Positions 52,121 through 64,000 of a stretch of DNA of 64,000 nucleotides are shown in pieces. Under the pieces are notes generated by a model that was given only the letters and a program-made list of their open reading frames with translations, searched no databases and was not told the DNA's origin. Each line of letters starts with the position of its first letter. Position 1 is the first letter of the stretch. Origin of the DNA: Daphnia carinata (taxonomy: Eukaryota); NCBI RefSeq assembly GCF_022539665.2, contig NC_081333.1, positions 13,206,001 to 13,270,000 of the forward strand, given 5' to 3'. The position numbers and the translations under genes were made by a program.

Positions 52121-54241
52121 CGGAGATGAAGCCTGATTTGACACCTTTTTTCCTTAATTATTTCAGGCATGGCAAAAAACACTTGGATTAGGAAGGCTAA
52201 GGCGGACGGATCCACATTTTTAAGCTCACCTTGCTTATGCTGGATGTTCATTCAGAGAAGAAAACTGCCCTTTTGAGTACCATGCTTCATTTTTGTCTGA
52301 CAAGAGATAAACAGCATTTCTTAGACAGGCCAATGAACGGAAATGACTTGTAGGAATCTACGAGTTAAGTTCTACGTTAACCCTAACCAATGCTAAGTTA
52401 CCGGATATTTTTTTTTTCTTACCTCTTGCCTAAAAATTTTGCGCCAGAATGAAGAAAGCCTTTTTCTTTCTTGTCAGTTAAGCGCCAGAAAATGCCTCAT
52501 GCTTTGTTGCCATACTTTTCCAAAGCAGCCGTAATGCGAAACGAAAGCAGTAGTCGGGTCTAAACACCTGATTGGCTGTGATCCGGGGCTCACCACTCTG
52601 CCCCATGCCTGGAATGGGCCATTCACGAGATGACGGAGACATTTTCTACACCGGGGCGGTGGCAAGGCTCGGTTCCTGGGTCACACCGATCACCCTGTCG
52701 TCATTTTAGAAGATGGCGGATTCAATGAAACCACATTATAAAAAAAAGCCAAGGAAACATATTCATTTTCTCGCCACTTCAGCTGTTGCTGTAACAAACG
52801 AAGGAAATGACCATGGGAATTTGTTCGTCTTTTCCTTGCTTGCTGGCTTGAAGAAATAAGCCAAATTACATTTATTTGAAATGCAATTATGACTCAAACT
52901 GTGGTGCAATAGACAGTGAGCAATCCTATCAAGAGAATAACAACTGGCTGATACGCCCGAGCTTATCTTGAAACGAAACAAACAAATGTACGGGAAACAA
53001 ATCCAAACCAAACAGAAATGCTATTATCTGGCCGAACTTGAGTTGAGGTAAGCAACTTGTCAATAAAAATTGCGAAACGTGCATTAAAATTAAAGAACCA
53101 ACGCGTCTTATCTCGAGGCAACGTCGAGTATGTTTGCTTCAGCTAAACACATCCACTCTACCCGTGAGATGGGAAAAGTTATATAAATCACCTTCTGACA
53201 TTTAGGATTTGGTGATAATGTTCATCGTGGCAAATAAGCTGGGAAAATGCGAGTATTGAATTAAGCATTTACGGGGCAAATGATTTGGGCTGAGATGACA
53301 CTGCTGGGCCTGGCTTACGTCTTGCGCATTTTGTACTCAATTTGAATGCGGCCGAAAAGAAGAACTGAATGCCGTTTGAAAGAAGAGTTATATTAATTAG
53401 CGACTTTGCCGGTACCTCGCTTTTAATGATATCTTTCATGAATCTGGTTGCGCTAGTTGTCCTCCATCTTCAACAGCTGCGTCTAAGGTAATCAGTGTTG
53501 GTTTTATTTGGACCGGATCAAACGAGGCGGTGAACTGAGATTCACTTGTGCCAAACCGATGGTGGGGTTCGCACGCGACTTCGTCACGCGGCTTTAAGCA
53601 AAAATATTTCCAACGGGTTAACCAAAACATTTGTAATTTCAAGTAGTTTTACTTTCCGATTAGCATCACCTACAGCGCCAACAAATATAATTTAATAAAT
53701 ATCCCAGGTTCATTATAGAAATAAAGCAGACGATATTCACAACATATTTAGATGAAAAGAAAAGAAGGGGGGAAGCTTCAGGAAAGATAACGAGAAAATA
53801 ATGCGATAAGGTATACATGTCGAAAGTGAACAGTGCAGAGGGCAATTAGTAAAACTAGGATAAAATGCTTTACACGCAGAAAGCGTTAAAAGAAACGATT
53901 GAGATACACTGAACGAATTATTAATTCGATGCAGATCATTTGACTAGCTCTCGTCAACAAGAAAAACGTCCCGTAAAAATGATTTGAAGTAATTTTAAGG
54001 AGCAAATGAAAAAGCCTTGCTGACATTTCACAGGGATCAACAGGTAGACGACGCGATAGCACATCATTATCTGCATTGGACTCGTAAGTTCTACTTTATG
54101 CTTTACAGACAGATAAACTGACTGATAAACTCAAAGCGATTTCGGGTTGCAAGTGAGAGTTGTCCAGTTTTAAACGGTATTTTCCAATAGCAGCTCGTAC
54201 AAGTTCTCGTCTCGCTACTTTCGGGTGCAATTAAGTCTAAA

Positions 54242-56508
54242 ATGTCATCAACTACTGCCGTAAATGTAGACGGCATCCAATTCGATAGCGATGATTTTTT
54301 GGGTAGTGGTGGTTTCAGCTCAGTGTTTCGTGGTACATATAACGGTCAAAGTGTAGCAGTCAAAAGAATAGAGAAGACAAGTGGCAGAGTTCAAGTAGTT
54401 GACAACGAGTTAAAAATTCTGCAGCAGTTAGACCATCCCAATATAGTTAAATTTGTCCACTCTGCAAGCAGTTCCGATTTCCAGTAAGATTATTACGTGA
54501 TTAAATTTAAAAGAGAATTTCCATATGATTTCTGTGATTCAGGTTCTTTGCTTTGGAATTGTGCGACGCATCACTGGCTCAAGTGTTCCTAAAGGAGGAC
54601 GATCCTCGGAAATATAAAGGACCTGCATTACCAAATAATTTCGAAGTTTTCTCCCAATTAGCCTCTGGTCTCAAATACATTCATTCACAGAATGTTATCC
54701 ACCGGGACATTAAACCGCAAAACATTCTAATTTCTGGGAGACGTACTGCCCAAGGTGAAAAGATAACGATCAAGTGGGCTGATTTTGGATTGTCAAGAGC
54801 AGTGAATGCAAGAGGAACATTTACAATGAGTGGAATCAGAGGGACTCTACTTTGGTTCTCTCCCGAAGAGATGAAAATTATGGGCGGAAACCAACGCATT
54901 GAAGATACTAGAGGCTCCACAAAAAGCGACGTATTCGCAGAAGGCCTCGTCTTTGGTTATATTCTCTTAAAAGGAAGGCATATCTACGGGGAGAATGAGT
55001 TGGAAATTATGAACAACATTATGAAAAACGAATCAGTCAATATGAGTAGTAAGTTACCTATTAAGGCAGATCATATAACATAACCATCCTAGTTAAATGT
55101 CTAAAACTTTTTAAAAATAGAAATTCACCAGAAACATTTAGCACGTAACTTAATAGAACAAATGCTGACCAGCACACCTGATACACGAATTACATCTGAA
55201 GAAGTTGTTAATCAACTTGAAGCCATAAAAATCAAAGTAAGCAATTCACACAAGTTTAACACATTCTTCGTCAGGCAAATTTTAATTTTCTAACAAAGGT
55301 TTTCCATTTAGTTTAGCGAAAAGCAAAAACAGCTTCATCAGCTGTCTACATGTCCCACAACAGATTATAGGAATAACATCGAATCTTTAATGCAACTCGG
55401 TGTCGACTTAAACGCAAAGGATGACGATGGATGGAATGCGCTTCTTCTTGTGTGTCGAAAAAATTCAAGCCCACATTTAATCGATGCGATTAAGCTCTTG
55501 ATCGAACTTGGCATCGACAAGGGCGCAAAGATCAACGATGGAGCGAATGCGCTTCATCTTTTGTGTCGAAACAATTCAAGTCCACATTTAATCGATGCGA
55601 TTAAACTCTTGATCGAACTCGGCTTCGACAAGGACGCAAAGGAGAACATGGGATGCAATGCGCTTCATCTATTGTGTCGTAACAATTCAAGTCCACATTT
55701 AATCGATGCGATTAAACTCTTGATCGAACTCGGCATCGACAAAAACGCAAAGGACAACATGGGATGCAATGCGTTTCATTTTTTGTGTTATAACAATTCA
55801 GGCCCACATTTAATCGATGCGATTAAACTCTTGATCGAACTCGGCTTCGAGAAAAACGCAAAAACCAACCATGGATCGAATGCGCTTCATCTTTTGTGTT
55901 ATTACAATTCAGGCCCACATTTAATCGATGCCATTAAACTCTTGATCGAAATCGGCATCGACAAAAACGCAAAAACCAACGCTGGATCGAATGCGCTTCA
56001 TCTTTTGTGTTATAACAATTCAAGCCCACATTTAATCGATGCGATTAAACTCTTCATCGAACTCGGCTTCGACAAGGACGCAAAGGAGAACATGGGATGC
56101 AATGCGCTTCATTTTTTGTGTTATAACAATTCAAGCCCACATTTAATCGATGCGATTAAACTCTTGATCGAACTCGGCTTCGTCAAAAACGCAAAAACCA
56201 ACGCTGGATTGAATGCGCTTCATCTTTTGTGTTATAACAATTCAGGCCCACATTTAATCGATGCAATTAAACTCTTGATCGAACTCGGCATCGACAAAAA
56301 CGCAAAAGCCAACTATGGATGGAATGCGCTTCATCTTTTGTGTGAATACAGTTCAAGTCCACACATAATCGATGCGATTAAACTTTTGATCGAGCTTGGT
56401 ATTGACAAAAACGCAAAAACCTCCTTTGGATGGAATGTATACGATTTGAGTCGGCGCAATCCAAATCTTAAAAACTGCAACCTGTACGAAATCTTTAAAA
56501 CCGGATGA
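54242..56508 (+). CDS. IRE1-like Ser/Thr kinase with C-terminal 37-aa ankyrin repeat array (~686 aa; exons 54242-54483, 54543-55048, 55121-55236, 55312-56508)
   Basis: GSGGFSSV, VAVKRI, LELC, HRDIKPQNIL, ADFG, SDVFAEG..G.H.YG, ARNLIEQML..PDTRIT. GT-AG introns give a continuous 2061-nt frame. Nine full ankyrin units plus a partial cap; no KEN RNase domain. Confidence 0.92.
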
Positions 56509-58924
56509 GGTGAATTTTCGAAGATATTATTTATGGCAATTACAAGGATATCAAGGTTGTTTGAAAAGTCACAAAACGTGCTACGTTGCAATAAATGAGA
56601 TTCTCGGCAAAATACAGCTAACTACATAAATTGATCAATCGCAAAGAGTATTTATTTCGAGCTGTAACGTCAACGCATGTAAGTTAAATAAATTAACACT
56701 CGAAAAAATAAGGTTCTGGTCGATGGACTACCTCACAAAGTAAGGCGCATCACATCAGCTAGAACCTGATTAAGGCGAAAGTTATAACCTAAGTGAATGG
56801 ACGTGTTTGAGGAGACGTAACGAAAAATTGATCCCTTTCTTTTAGTAATTACTTCTTTAATAAGGAAACAACTAGTTGTTTTCGTCCTCTCCTCTCGATC
56901 ATTCCCTTGCCTATTATTGCAACCATAATAAGAAATATTTTTGCTTTGCACAATTAAACGTAAGCATTAAACTGTCTAACTTGTCTGCGGAAAACAGCTT
57001 TCTCCGTTTGCTAAGCCAACTGTAAAAAGAACGACCCCACGTCCACCAACACAACTCTGTTATGGTTGGACACCGCCAGTTTGGGAGAAACATGAGTCAT
57101 TGGTGAGAATGGTGTTATGCATATGGGAACTAAAGGGCAACCCAGTTCTACATCAACAACACGAAGCCAAACGGTACGTAATGTGGCATTTTGAAACGCC
57201 GACAATTATTCGCAATAGTTAATGAAGTTGAAGCAAACATATTAGGGGCGTAAAATTACCAAGGAATGCAGACTTAACAGGGAAGATGAGCGTGAAATTT
57301 CAACAACAAACACATAGCCACAATATTAATTGAAATTTGCCAAAGTCAAATAAGTAGTGTGGTAAAGGAAACCGAGTCAACTTTGTTCTTAATCCATTTA
57401 CATAATACAGAGTGCAACGAAAGATGGAAAGCGCTCCTCATTTCGTGGCAAACCGATCAAGCGGCTTGAAAAGGAACGGAACGGATGATAGGTCTGGGCT
57501 TTGTCCCGATTAAATAAACCTTCACTTAAAATATTTGTTTGTAAAAATCCGAGGAAAACGCACAAAAATCTTACAAGGAAATTGATACTTTATACAATCT
57601 AACGCGCGAGCACAGCTCTGAAGTTTTGCAAAATGTAAAGCTTGAATACAAAACTTACCTGGAAATGCACCATATATAGTCTCATTGAAAGAGGGTAATC
57701 TGCTGGTCACTACACACATTTGAGATTTCGACTCTCCGATTTAAATGATGAACTGATTTGTGGCCCATTGTCAACTGACGTGTAAACATTCGAGCACTGA
57801 TGGACAATCAGCGTGTGGTATGACGATGTTTCCATGGTTTAGATTATTGGCCAGTTTCAAAACCAAGTGTGCCAGTTTCACCACCAGGACTCGTTGCATT
57901 CAGCAACAAACTATGCAAAAAAAAATAGGCAAATAAAAAATCATCATTTAGTGAAAAAGAACGACATTATAAATATTTAGCTTAATACTACAGGCTAACA
58001 AATGATTTGCAGGTGGCTCTTTATTTCTAAAACATTTCCCCTCGCAACAGGCACATGTTGCAAGCAATATCGATCCAAAGTTTCCAAGTTTCTTATGATG
58101 GCCCATGAATCGAAAAATATTGAAACCACCTTGCAAGCCTAGTCGAATGATCCACACTCTGCCTGAGATGCAACTGTTTTTAGGACAGAAATGTAACATT
58201 TTGCTTTCGCGTCAATAAACTAGTATTGTCTAAACAAATTTACTTCATTGATTGCATGACAAATGTTCTTACCTGCTTTTATGTCCTGCAACGAAAAGGT
58301 GACAACGCTCACACATACTGGCGAAGAAGCAAACGGAAAAGGTGAATGTTTATGGGACATAAATTCACAAGGGCACATTGTGGCACTCCACCAGACCAGA
58401 GACTAAAGCATGAAGCAGTAAATAAAGAAAAATAAAAAAGAATTAATTTTGATCACAGAAATGATAAAATACAGCAAACCTGAGAATTTCAAGCAGACGA
58501 GAAATCGGCGTTTTATGACACTCACGCCATCTATGGGTAAAAAGACGAACCTTACGTCACAGCCGGGGCGGGTTTTTCATCGATTTCCATGACCGCTCAA
58601 TCGAGATTTAAAAAAACGAATTCTCGTCGCCAAGGCGATGACAGTGTGAAAACAAACCGATATAAATCTTGGTCTCTTAGTGAAGAGTAGAGCTTAGATT
58701 TGATCAGTGCTTAATCTCAGTTGTCTTTCGTGGAGGCTTTAATTCAATAGTTTTACAGTGAGTGTGGTAGAAAAAGTCAAGAAATACACAACATCTAAAT
58801 AGTTGTGTTGGTGTTAACAAATCACTGAAATCTATTCGTAGATTCTCAGATCGTGACATTCAAAATGGTGGACTAGATTGCCAGTCATTTGACAAATAGA
58901 TCGATCGGATAGAATTAAAAAGAC

Positions 58925-59997
58925 ATGGCCGACGATATTGAGGATTTGCTTCGTGAAGTGGAAGAGAAATATTTGCCACGCCCCTTTCATTCGCAGCAGG
59001 TTAAACATTCTAAACAACCAATTCAGCCGACAACAAGTGCAATTAGCTCAGAAACTCATGGAGACAAAGACGATCGATCGGCCCCGATAGCAGTCGGGGT
59101 AACCGGGGCAACCCGAACTACAACAAGGGCTCATTCGTCTGACATTGTGTAAGTTTTGACATTAAAAATTAAACCAATTCAGCCAATAAATGTTATGATT
59201 TACATACGAAGCTGTCGTGAACTGGAAGATGAACTTTCCGATTTGCTGGATGAAGCCGGTGGAATGTCGGATGCGGCCACTGTTGGATTGCGTTGCAAAC
59301 GCAGTCCTCGACGAAGTGCCAGTGCCAGGGAATTGGTTGGTACAAAACCAATCACCGGTGATCGTCTGACTTCCACCGACAAACGTCACGACTTTGCTAG
59401 TAGTAACAAAAGCGGTGCAGCTGGATTTTCATTGGGAAACAAAGCAATGCTGACGGGGATCCGTTCCGCCCCGCCATTCGTTCATCATCACAGCAACGTA
59501 GAAACGCGTACAACTCACGTTACCATCGATGCTGTCGTAGTTGAAAAACAAAAATGTTTCCCCATCTACGTGAGTGGCGTCATTGACAGCATAGACACCA
59601 GCCACACTGTTAGGTACGAATTTAATTGCATTGAGTACCTTAGAAATTGATTGTAATAATCACATTTGATTTGTCAGAGTATGTACCAGTCTCCGATGCA
59701 CGGGCTGTGATTTCCGAGTCAGCCAATTTGCGTAAGTTTTTATGATTACAGACCTCTATAGAGAAATGTAGATGAATTAAATGTTAATGCAGACATTACC
59801 GATGGAGACCTGGTACGGACTACCTTTTCTTGCGCAACCACATGCCGGAATTCGATCGAGTGCGCGTCAAACTAGCCGCAGCCAAATTTTGTCGCGCTTA
59901 TGCTTGCCAATGCAAATTCGTCACTGTTAAAGATCTGGTTGATTTGAACAAGCTCGGACACGAATTTGCCTCCAAGTGGATCTGCCTCGGACACTAA
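58925..59997 (+). CDS. CFAP418: CFAP418/C8orf37 homologue (exons 58925-59148, 59212-59613, 59678-59731, 59793-59997)
   Basis: N-terminal MADDIEDLLREVEEKY; C-terminal CTSLRCTGCDFRV..W...TDYLFLRNHMPEF..L....CRAYACQC..KWIC.GH typical of C8orf37; splice phases consistent. Confidence 0.88.
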
Positions 59998-60176
59998 ATC
60001 CCTCTCACCTTCTCTTTGTGTCTATTCTATTCTTTAGCTCGTCTACAAATTATTCGATGGCTAATGATTTAATCACGCCTTACGATAAAACTCTGCATTT
60101 AACTGAAACGTTGAACGTTTTTAGCTGGGTAATAGCATCGTAGCAAATCATGTAGATTTCCGCGCACTGTCAAAGT

Positions 60177-60322
60177 GTCGTCTGCAAATCAAGTTATCGC
60201 TATGTGATTGTTCGTTTTCACACTAGAGGGCATCACGTAACATCACTGGCTGTCGTCTGCAAATCAAGTCGATGTGAATGTTCCTATTCACACTAGAAGG
60301 CATCACGTAGCATCCCTGGCTG
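60177..60322. repeat. ~70-bp tandem duplication between convergent genes, each copy with a CTCF-like motif
   Basis: tgtcgtctgcaaatcaagt...cacactaga(g/a)ggcatcacgta..ctggc occurs twice. Confidence 0.8.
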
Positions 60323-60731
60323 ATTATGGTTGACAATGGTAACAAAATGAATACACACATCTACACATGCAAACTCGTTTTAATTCTCAAATTGCAAATA
60401 CCTGAAAGAGCATTAAACCGGAAGTTGTGTATTTGTAAAGCCTACACAGGCAAAATTTAGAGACAAATTGGCAAGCCTGGAAGAGAACGTGTGTCTATAG
60501 TTGTGTGATGTGCGGAAGATCAGAGCTTGAGGAATTTCATTCAAATAAAAAAAAAACTAGATTCACGGTCGTCATTTGAAATGAGTGAATGAACGTAACT
60601 TGGCGCAAGCGGAAAATCAAAATATAAAGAAGGAAAAAAGATTAAAAAACAAATTATTATAGAAGAAGAATTAAGGATGAACCACACTTTTATCAACAAA
60701 GAAAATGTATCGTAATAGACGATTTAGGTTT

Positions 60732-63700
60732 TCAGCAAATGGAACAGCAATTTCCTGTCGATTCGATGGGTACCATTTCGCAAATCTTCGTCCTTTTCAC
60801 GGGACCGTAGACAATCTGGCATTTCCTTGTGTAACCAGAAGCTTGGCACATTGTCGACGACGACGACGAGCCTTTATTGGACGAAGACGAGGCCGACATT
60901 GAGCTGGACAACAACGAAGACGACATGGAAGGTGAAGAGATAGAAGGCATCATGATGGCCGGCTGGACATTGGCTGGTTGACTGCCCATGGGCACGAATC
61001 CACTGCTTATGTACGTCTTGGAGTAACTACTGCTCGTTACATGTTTGCTGCCGCTCACTAACTTTGGTTGAGGCATTTGGGCCGGTCCTGGTTGCGGACG
61101 GGCCGGCAAAGTCTGACTGGGTGTCGACGAAGGTTGATTAGCCGTTTGGTGATGAGACGACATAAACGTTCCGCTTCTGCTGTTGCTATTGGTCACGTGG
61201 TCAATCATGGCCGGAATCGGGACGCTGATCATCGACACCTGGTGTTCAAAAATGGAAGATGTGGCGGTCATGGATGGACCACCCCCACAACCACCTGTCG
61301 TACCGTAGTCTTGATCACCAGGCTGACCTTGTTGTTCATCTTCCTCGCAAATCACTTGGTCCGTTTCTTCGTACTCGACCGGTTCGCCTCCTGTTGTGCC
61401 CACATCAGTCGGTTCTGGTAGATAACCTGGTTCAGTGTCCGGTAATGATTCAGGTTCAGGTGCGTGATGCTCGGGTTCTGGTTGATAAGGCTCCGGGACG
61501 TAAGACTCTGGTTGCCTTTCTGGTTGATAAGGAGCCTCAGGTTCCGGTTGAGTTTCCATTTCAGGTCCTTCCATGCCAAGCTCCGTTTCACCGCCGAGGT
61601 CCGGTTGATGGGCTTCTGGTTCGTGATCGTGCTCAATCGGAATATCAGCTCTACCCGACGGACTCGACGAAGGTTTGCTGAAAAGGTCCTTAATGTCACC
61701 TTCTAGTTGATTCAATTGTTGGCAGGTGTCGCAAGGAGCGTGAGCTTCCGTTTGATGGCTGGTGGCCGAAGTGGTGACCACCTCAGCGCGGCCATTTCGA
61801 CCGTTGCCGTTGGTTGCGTGGCCGTTAGCTCCGCGATCGACAAACGCTTGAGTCGAATCTCTGTGACTCCTCCTAGCGAATTCCCTCTGACTGTTGACGC
61901 TCGTGCTGCTGCCATGGCTGCTGCTTTGCTGTTGCGATTGTTGATGTTGTTGAGTGGCAACCGATTGACGACCTCCATTGCGATTACCAACCGTCCAGTG
62001 ATGTTCGCGTCGATGATGTTCCTCTTCAGCCGCTGATTGGTGGCTCTTTTCTTGCTGTTGTTCTTCCATGATTTTCAACATAGTCGATTCTTCCATCATG
62101 TGTCCGTCTCCCGGCGCCACTTGTTCCCGGTGGACCACTTGTTCTTTATTAATGGATTGATGTGACGTCATTTGATGCGATTGTTTTTGTTGATGGTACA
62201 ATTCTTGTTGGCGTTCGTATTCTTGCATAGCAACGCGTTCCTCTTCTTCCTGTTGTCGCTTCGCCTGTTGCCGTTTCATCTGTTGACGTTCGTATTCTTC
62301 CAATTCAGCGCGACGCTGCTGTTCGATGCGTTGCTGTTCGATTCGCTGCTGCTCGATGCGTTGCTGTTCGATCCGCTGCTGTTGCAACTGCTGTTCCCTC
62401 TGGCGGATCAACTGCTGTTTGCGCTCGTGTTCCTCCATAGCTGCGCGACGTTGTTGTTCCTCCCTGCGTTGTTTTTCTTCGGCGGCAGCGCGACGTTGCT
62501 GTTCTTCCAGAGCTGCGCGACGTTGCTGTTCTTCCAAAGCGATTCGACGTTGTTGCTCTTCCAAAGCCACGCGACGTCTTTCCTCTTCCAATTGCTGCTC
62601 TCTCTGACGGGCCAATTCTTGTTGGCGTTCCTCTTCTTCTTGACGAGCGGCTGCCAGTCTTTGTTGTTCCTCTAAAGCAGCTGCACGTCTTTGCTGTTCC
62701 AATTCGATGGCCACACGTCGCTGTTCTTCGATGGCTACTCGACGCTGTTGCTCTTGTTGTTGTTTTTGTTGCTGCAAAATGCGGCTAGTCGATTGGGATG
62801 TTGATTGCTGTTGACGTTGTTGTTCTTGCACTTGATGGACTTGTTGTTGGACTTGTTGTCTCTCAACCTGACCGACCATGTGCTGGAAGTCGGGTTGTTG
62901 CGGCTGTTGTGGTTGAAGTTGCTGCGGCTGTTGAGGTTGTTGGTATACGACGCGTCGTGGATGTTGGGGCTGACTCACTCGTTGCTGTTGCTGTTGTTGT
63001 TGGATGACAGATTGCTGTTGTTGTTGCTGTTGGATGATGGATTGCTGTTGTTGCTGTTGCTGGACAGTCCGCGATTCAGCTACGCGACGGTGAGCTGGTT
63101 GTTGCGGTTGTGGCTGCTGGGGGATGTTGGCCGTTATGTCGGAATCGAAGCCCAATTGGATGGGTACTCGGTCAGGTCCTAACGGTCCCGAATACCAGTG
63201 AGTAGTCGTGTAACCATTGGCGTCCGTCACCTTCCACGTGTACGTTTTCTGAGTTGAACCGGCCGTTTGAGTGACGGTTGCATCGCGGGGAATGGGGCCA
63301 GTCCATGAACTGACAGGTCGGCGGCCACCTCCCAAAATGCTGGGACTCGGACCACCTACGTCCAGCTCTGAAGGCATTTGAATTCGAATGGGAGTTCTGT
63401 CGGGGCCCAATGGTCCTGTATACCAATGGGTCGTTGAGTAACCGTTGGCATCCTGCACTTTCCAAGTGTACGTCAGCTGAGACGATCCAGCCTCTTGGGT
63501 GACGGTCGCATCACGAGGAATGGAGCCAGTCCAAGCTACCGGTCCTTTGCCAGGTCCTTTAGTGTTGCCTTGAGGCATATGACGTCCAACGGGCATCATC
63601 ATCGATTGCAAATCAGAGGCGTCCATCAGAGAAGAGTGAGAAAACGAGCTGGAACTGCTGAAGCTATTCGACAGTCCCGATCGTTCCATCGGAGAGCCGC

Positions 63701-64000
63701 CCATCATTGAAGGTGAAGAGAACGAGGACATGGAGTGTCCCTTTTCAGGTGATTGAAACGATTGCTGGAAACTGAACTGAGACATTTGTCTTCCTTGTTG
63801 CAATTGACCATCGCTGTTGGACTCGAGGTTACGAGTGTCCGGTCGTCGGGCAAATGTGCCCGATGCGCTGGTAGCTTCCAATCGTCTGTGATTTTTGGTA
63901 GGAGGGTAGGACGAATCCTCGCCTAAATTGCTGTAAGCCTGGGCGTATCCGTTTCCATTAGTACGAGATTCAGCCGAGTCCAGTGTGGCTTTGGCCCACG
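60732..64000 (-). CDS. Large uncharacterised Q/E/R-rich protein (>1088 aa, 5' end beyond window) with two ~50-aa repeats, a coiled-coil region and a Cys-rich C-terminus
   Basis: 1049-codon ORF that stays open to the window edge (a further 39 codons without a stop); coding-like composition. Confidence 0.88.
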   Translation of the reverse strand, partial: WAKATLDSAESRTNGNGYAQAYSNLGEDSSYPPTKNHRRLEATSASGTFARRPDTRNLESNSDGQLQQGRQMSQFSFQQSFQSPEKGHSMSSFSSPSMMGGSPMERSGLSNSFSSSSSFSHSSLMDASDLQSMMMPVGRHMPQGNTKGPGKGPVAWTGSIPRDATVTQEAGSSQLTYTWKVQDANGYSTTHWYTGPLGPDRTPIRIQMPSELDVGGPSPSILGGGRRPVSSWTGPIPRDATVTQTAGSTQKTYTWKVTDANGYTTTHWYSGPLGPDRVPIQLGFDSDITANIPQQPQPQQPAHRRVAESRTVQQQQQQQSIIQQQQQQQSVIQQQQQQQRVSQPQHPRRVVYQQPQQPQQLQPQQPQQPDFQHMVGQVERQQVQQQVHQVQEQQRQQQSTSQSTSRILQQQKQQQEQQRRVAIEEQRRVAIELEQQRRAAALEEQQRLAAARQEEEERQQELARQREQQLEEERRRVALEEQQRRIALEEQQRRAALEEQQRRAAAEEKQRREEQQRRAAMEEHERKQQLIRQREQQLQQQRIEQQRIEQQRIEQQRIEQQRRAELEEYERQQMKRQQAKRQQEEEERVAMQEYERQQELYHQQKQSHQMTSHQSINKEQVVHREQVAPGDGHMMEESTMLKIMEEQQQEKSHQSAAEEEHHRREHHWTVGNRNGGRQSVATQQHQQSQQQSSSHGSSTSVNSQREFARRSHRDSTQAFVDRGANGHATNGNGRNGRAEVVTTSATSHQTEAHAPCDTCQQLNQLEGDIKDLFSKPSSSPSGRADIPIEHDHEPEAHQPDLGGETELGMEGPEMETQPEPEAPYQPERQPESYVPEPYQPEPEHHAPEPESLPDTEPGYLPEPTDVGTTGGEPVEYEETDQVICEEDEQQGQPGDQDYGTTGGCGGGPSMTATSSIFEHQVSMISVPIPAMIDHVTNSNSRSGTFMSSHHQTANQPSSTPSQTLPARPQPGPAQMPQPKLVSGSKHVTSSSYSKTYISSGFVPMGSQPANVQPAIMMPSISSPSMSSSLLSSSMSASSSSNKGSSSSSTMCQASGYTRKCQIVYGPVKRTKICEMVPIESTGNCCSIC

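Noticed and set aside
54242..56508. Naming the gene IRE1, RNase L or RIPK4
   Set aside because: No luminal, transmembrane or KEN domain; order reversed relative to RNase L; kinase motifs are IRE1-like rather than RIPK-like.
61068..63710. Plus-strand Leu/Cys-rich ORFs
   Set aside because: Antisense shadows of the Q-rich minus-strand gene.

Overview
AT-rich eukaryotic DNA with short (~60-75 nt) GT-AG introns. Gene content and intron style suggest a cladoceran crustacean such as Daphnia (inference, not verified). All family calls come from motifs recognised by eye; no searches were run. Contents: (1) A structurally complete DIRS1-type tyrosine-recombinase retrotransposon (13451-18096) with inverted terminal repeats and an internal complementary region (ICR). 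Its gag is in frame with RT/RNaseH/methyltransferase, and a predicted large intron would give a gag-only mRNA. (2) Two paralogous IRE1-like kinase + ankyrin genes. The intact one (54242-56508) has nine near-identical 111-bp repeats that vary mainly at predicted ligand-binding residues; the other (11704-13290) is degenerate. (3) About 40 kb (1-11 kb and 24.4-52.7 kb) of shuffled, duplicated modules carrying intron-containing decayed copies of HP1, vasa-like and PSMD12 genes, exon-intron tandem arrays and a 180-bp repeat. Part of this forms a ~16.5-kb imperfect palindrome centred on an (ATCCCAT)n array flanked by mirror-image tRNA-like clusters. (4) A CFAP418/C8orf37 homologue and a large Q-rich gene running off the right edge. 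A 100-N assembly gap lies at 11604-11703.
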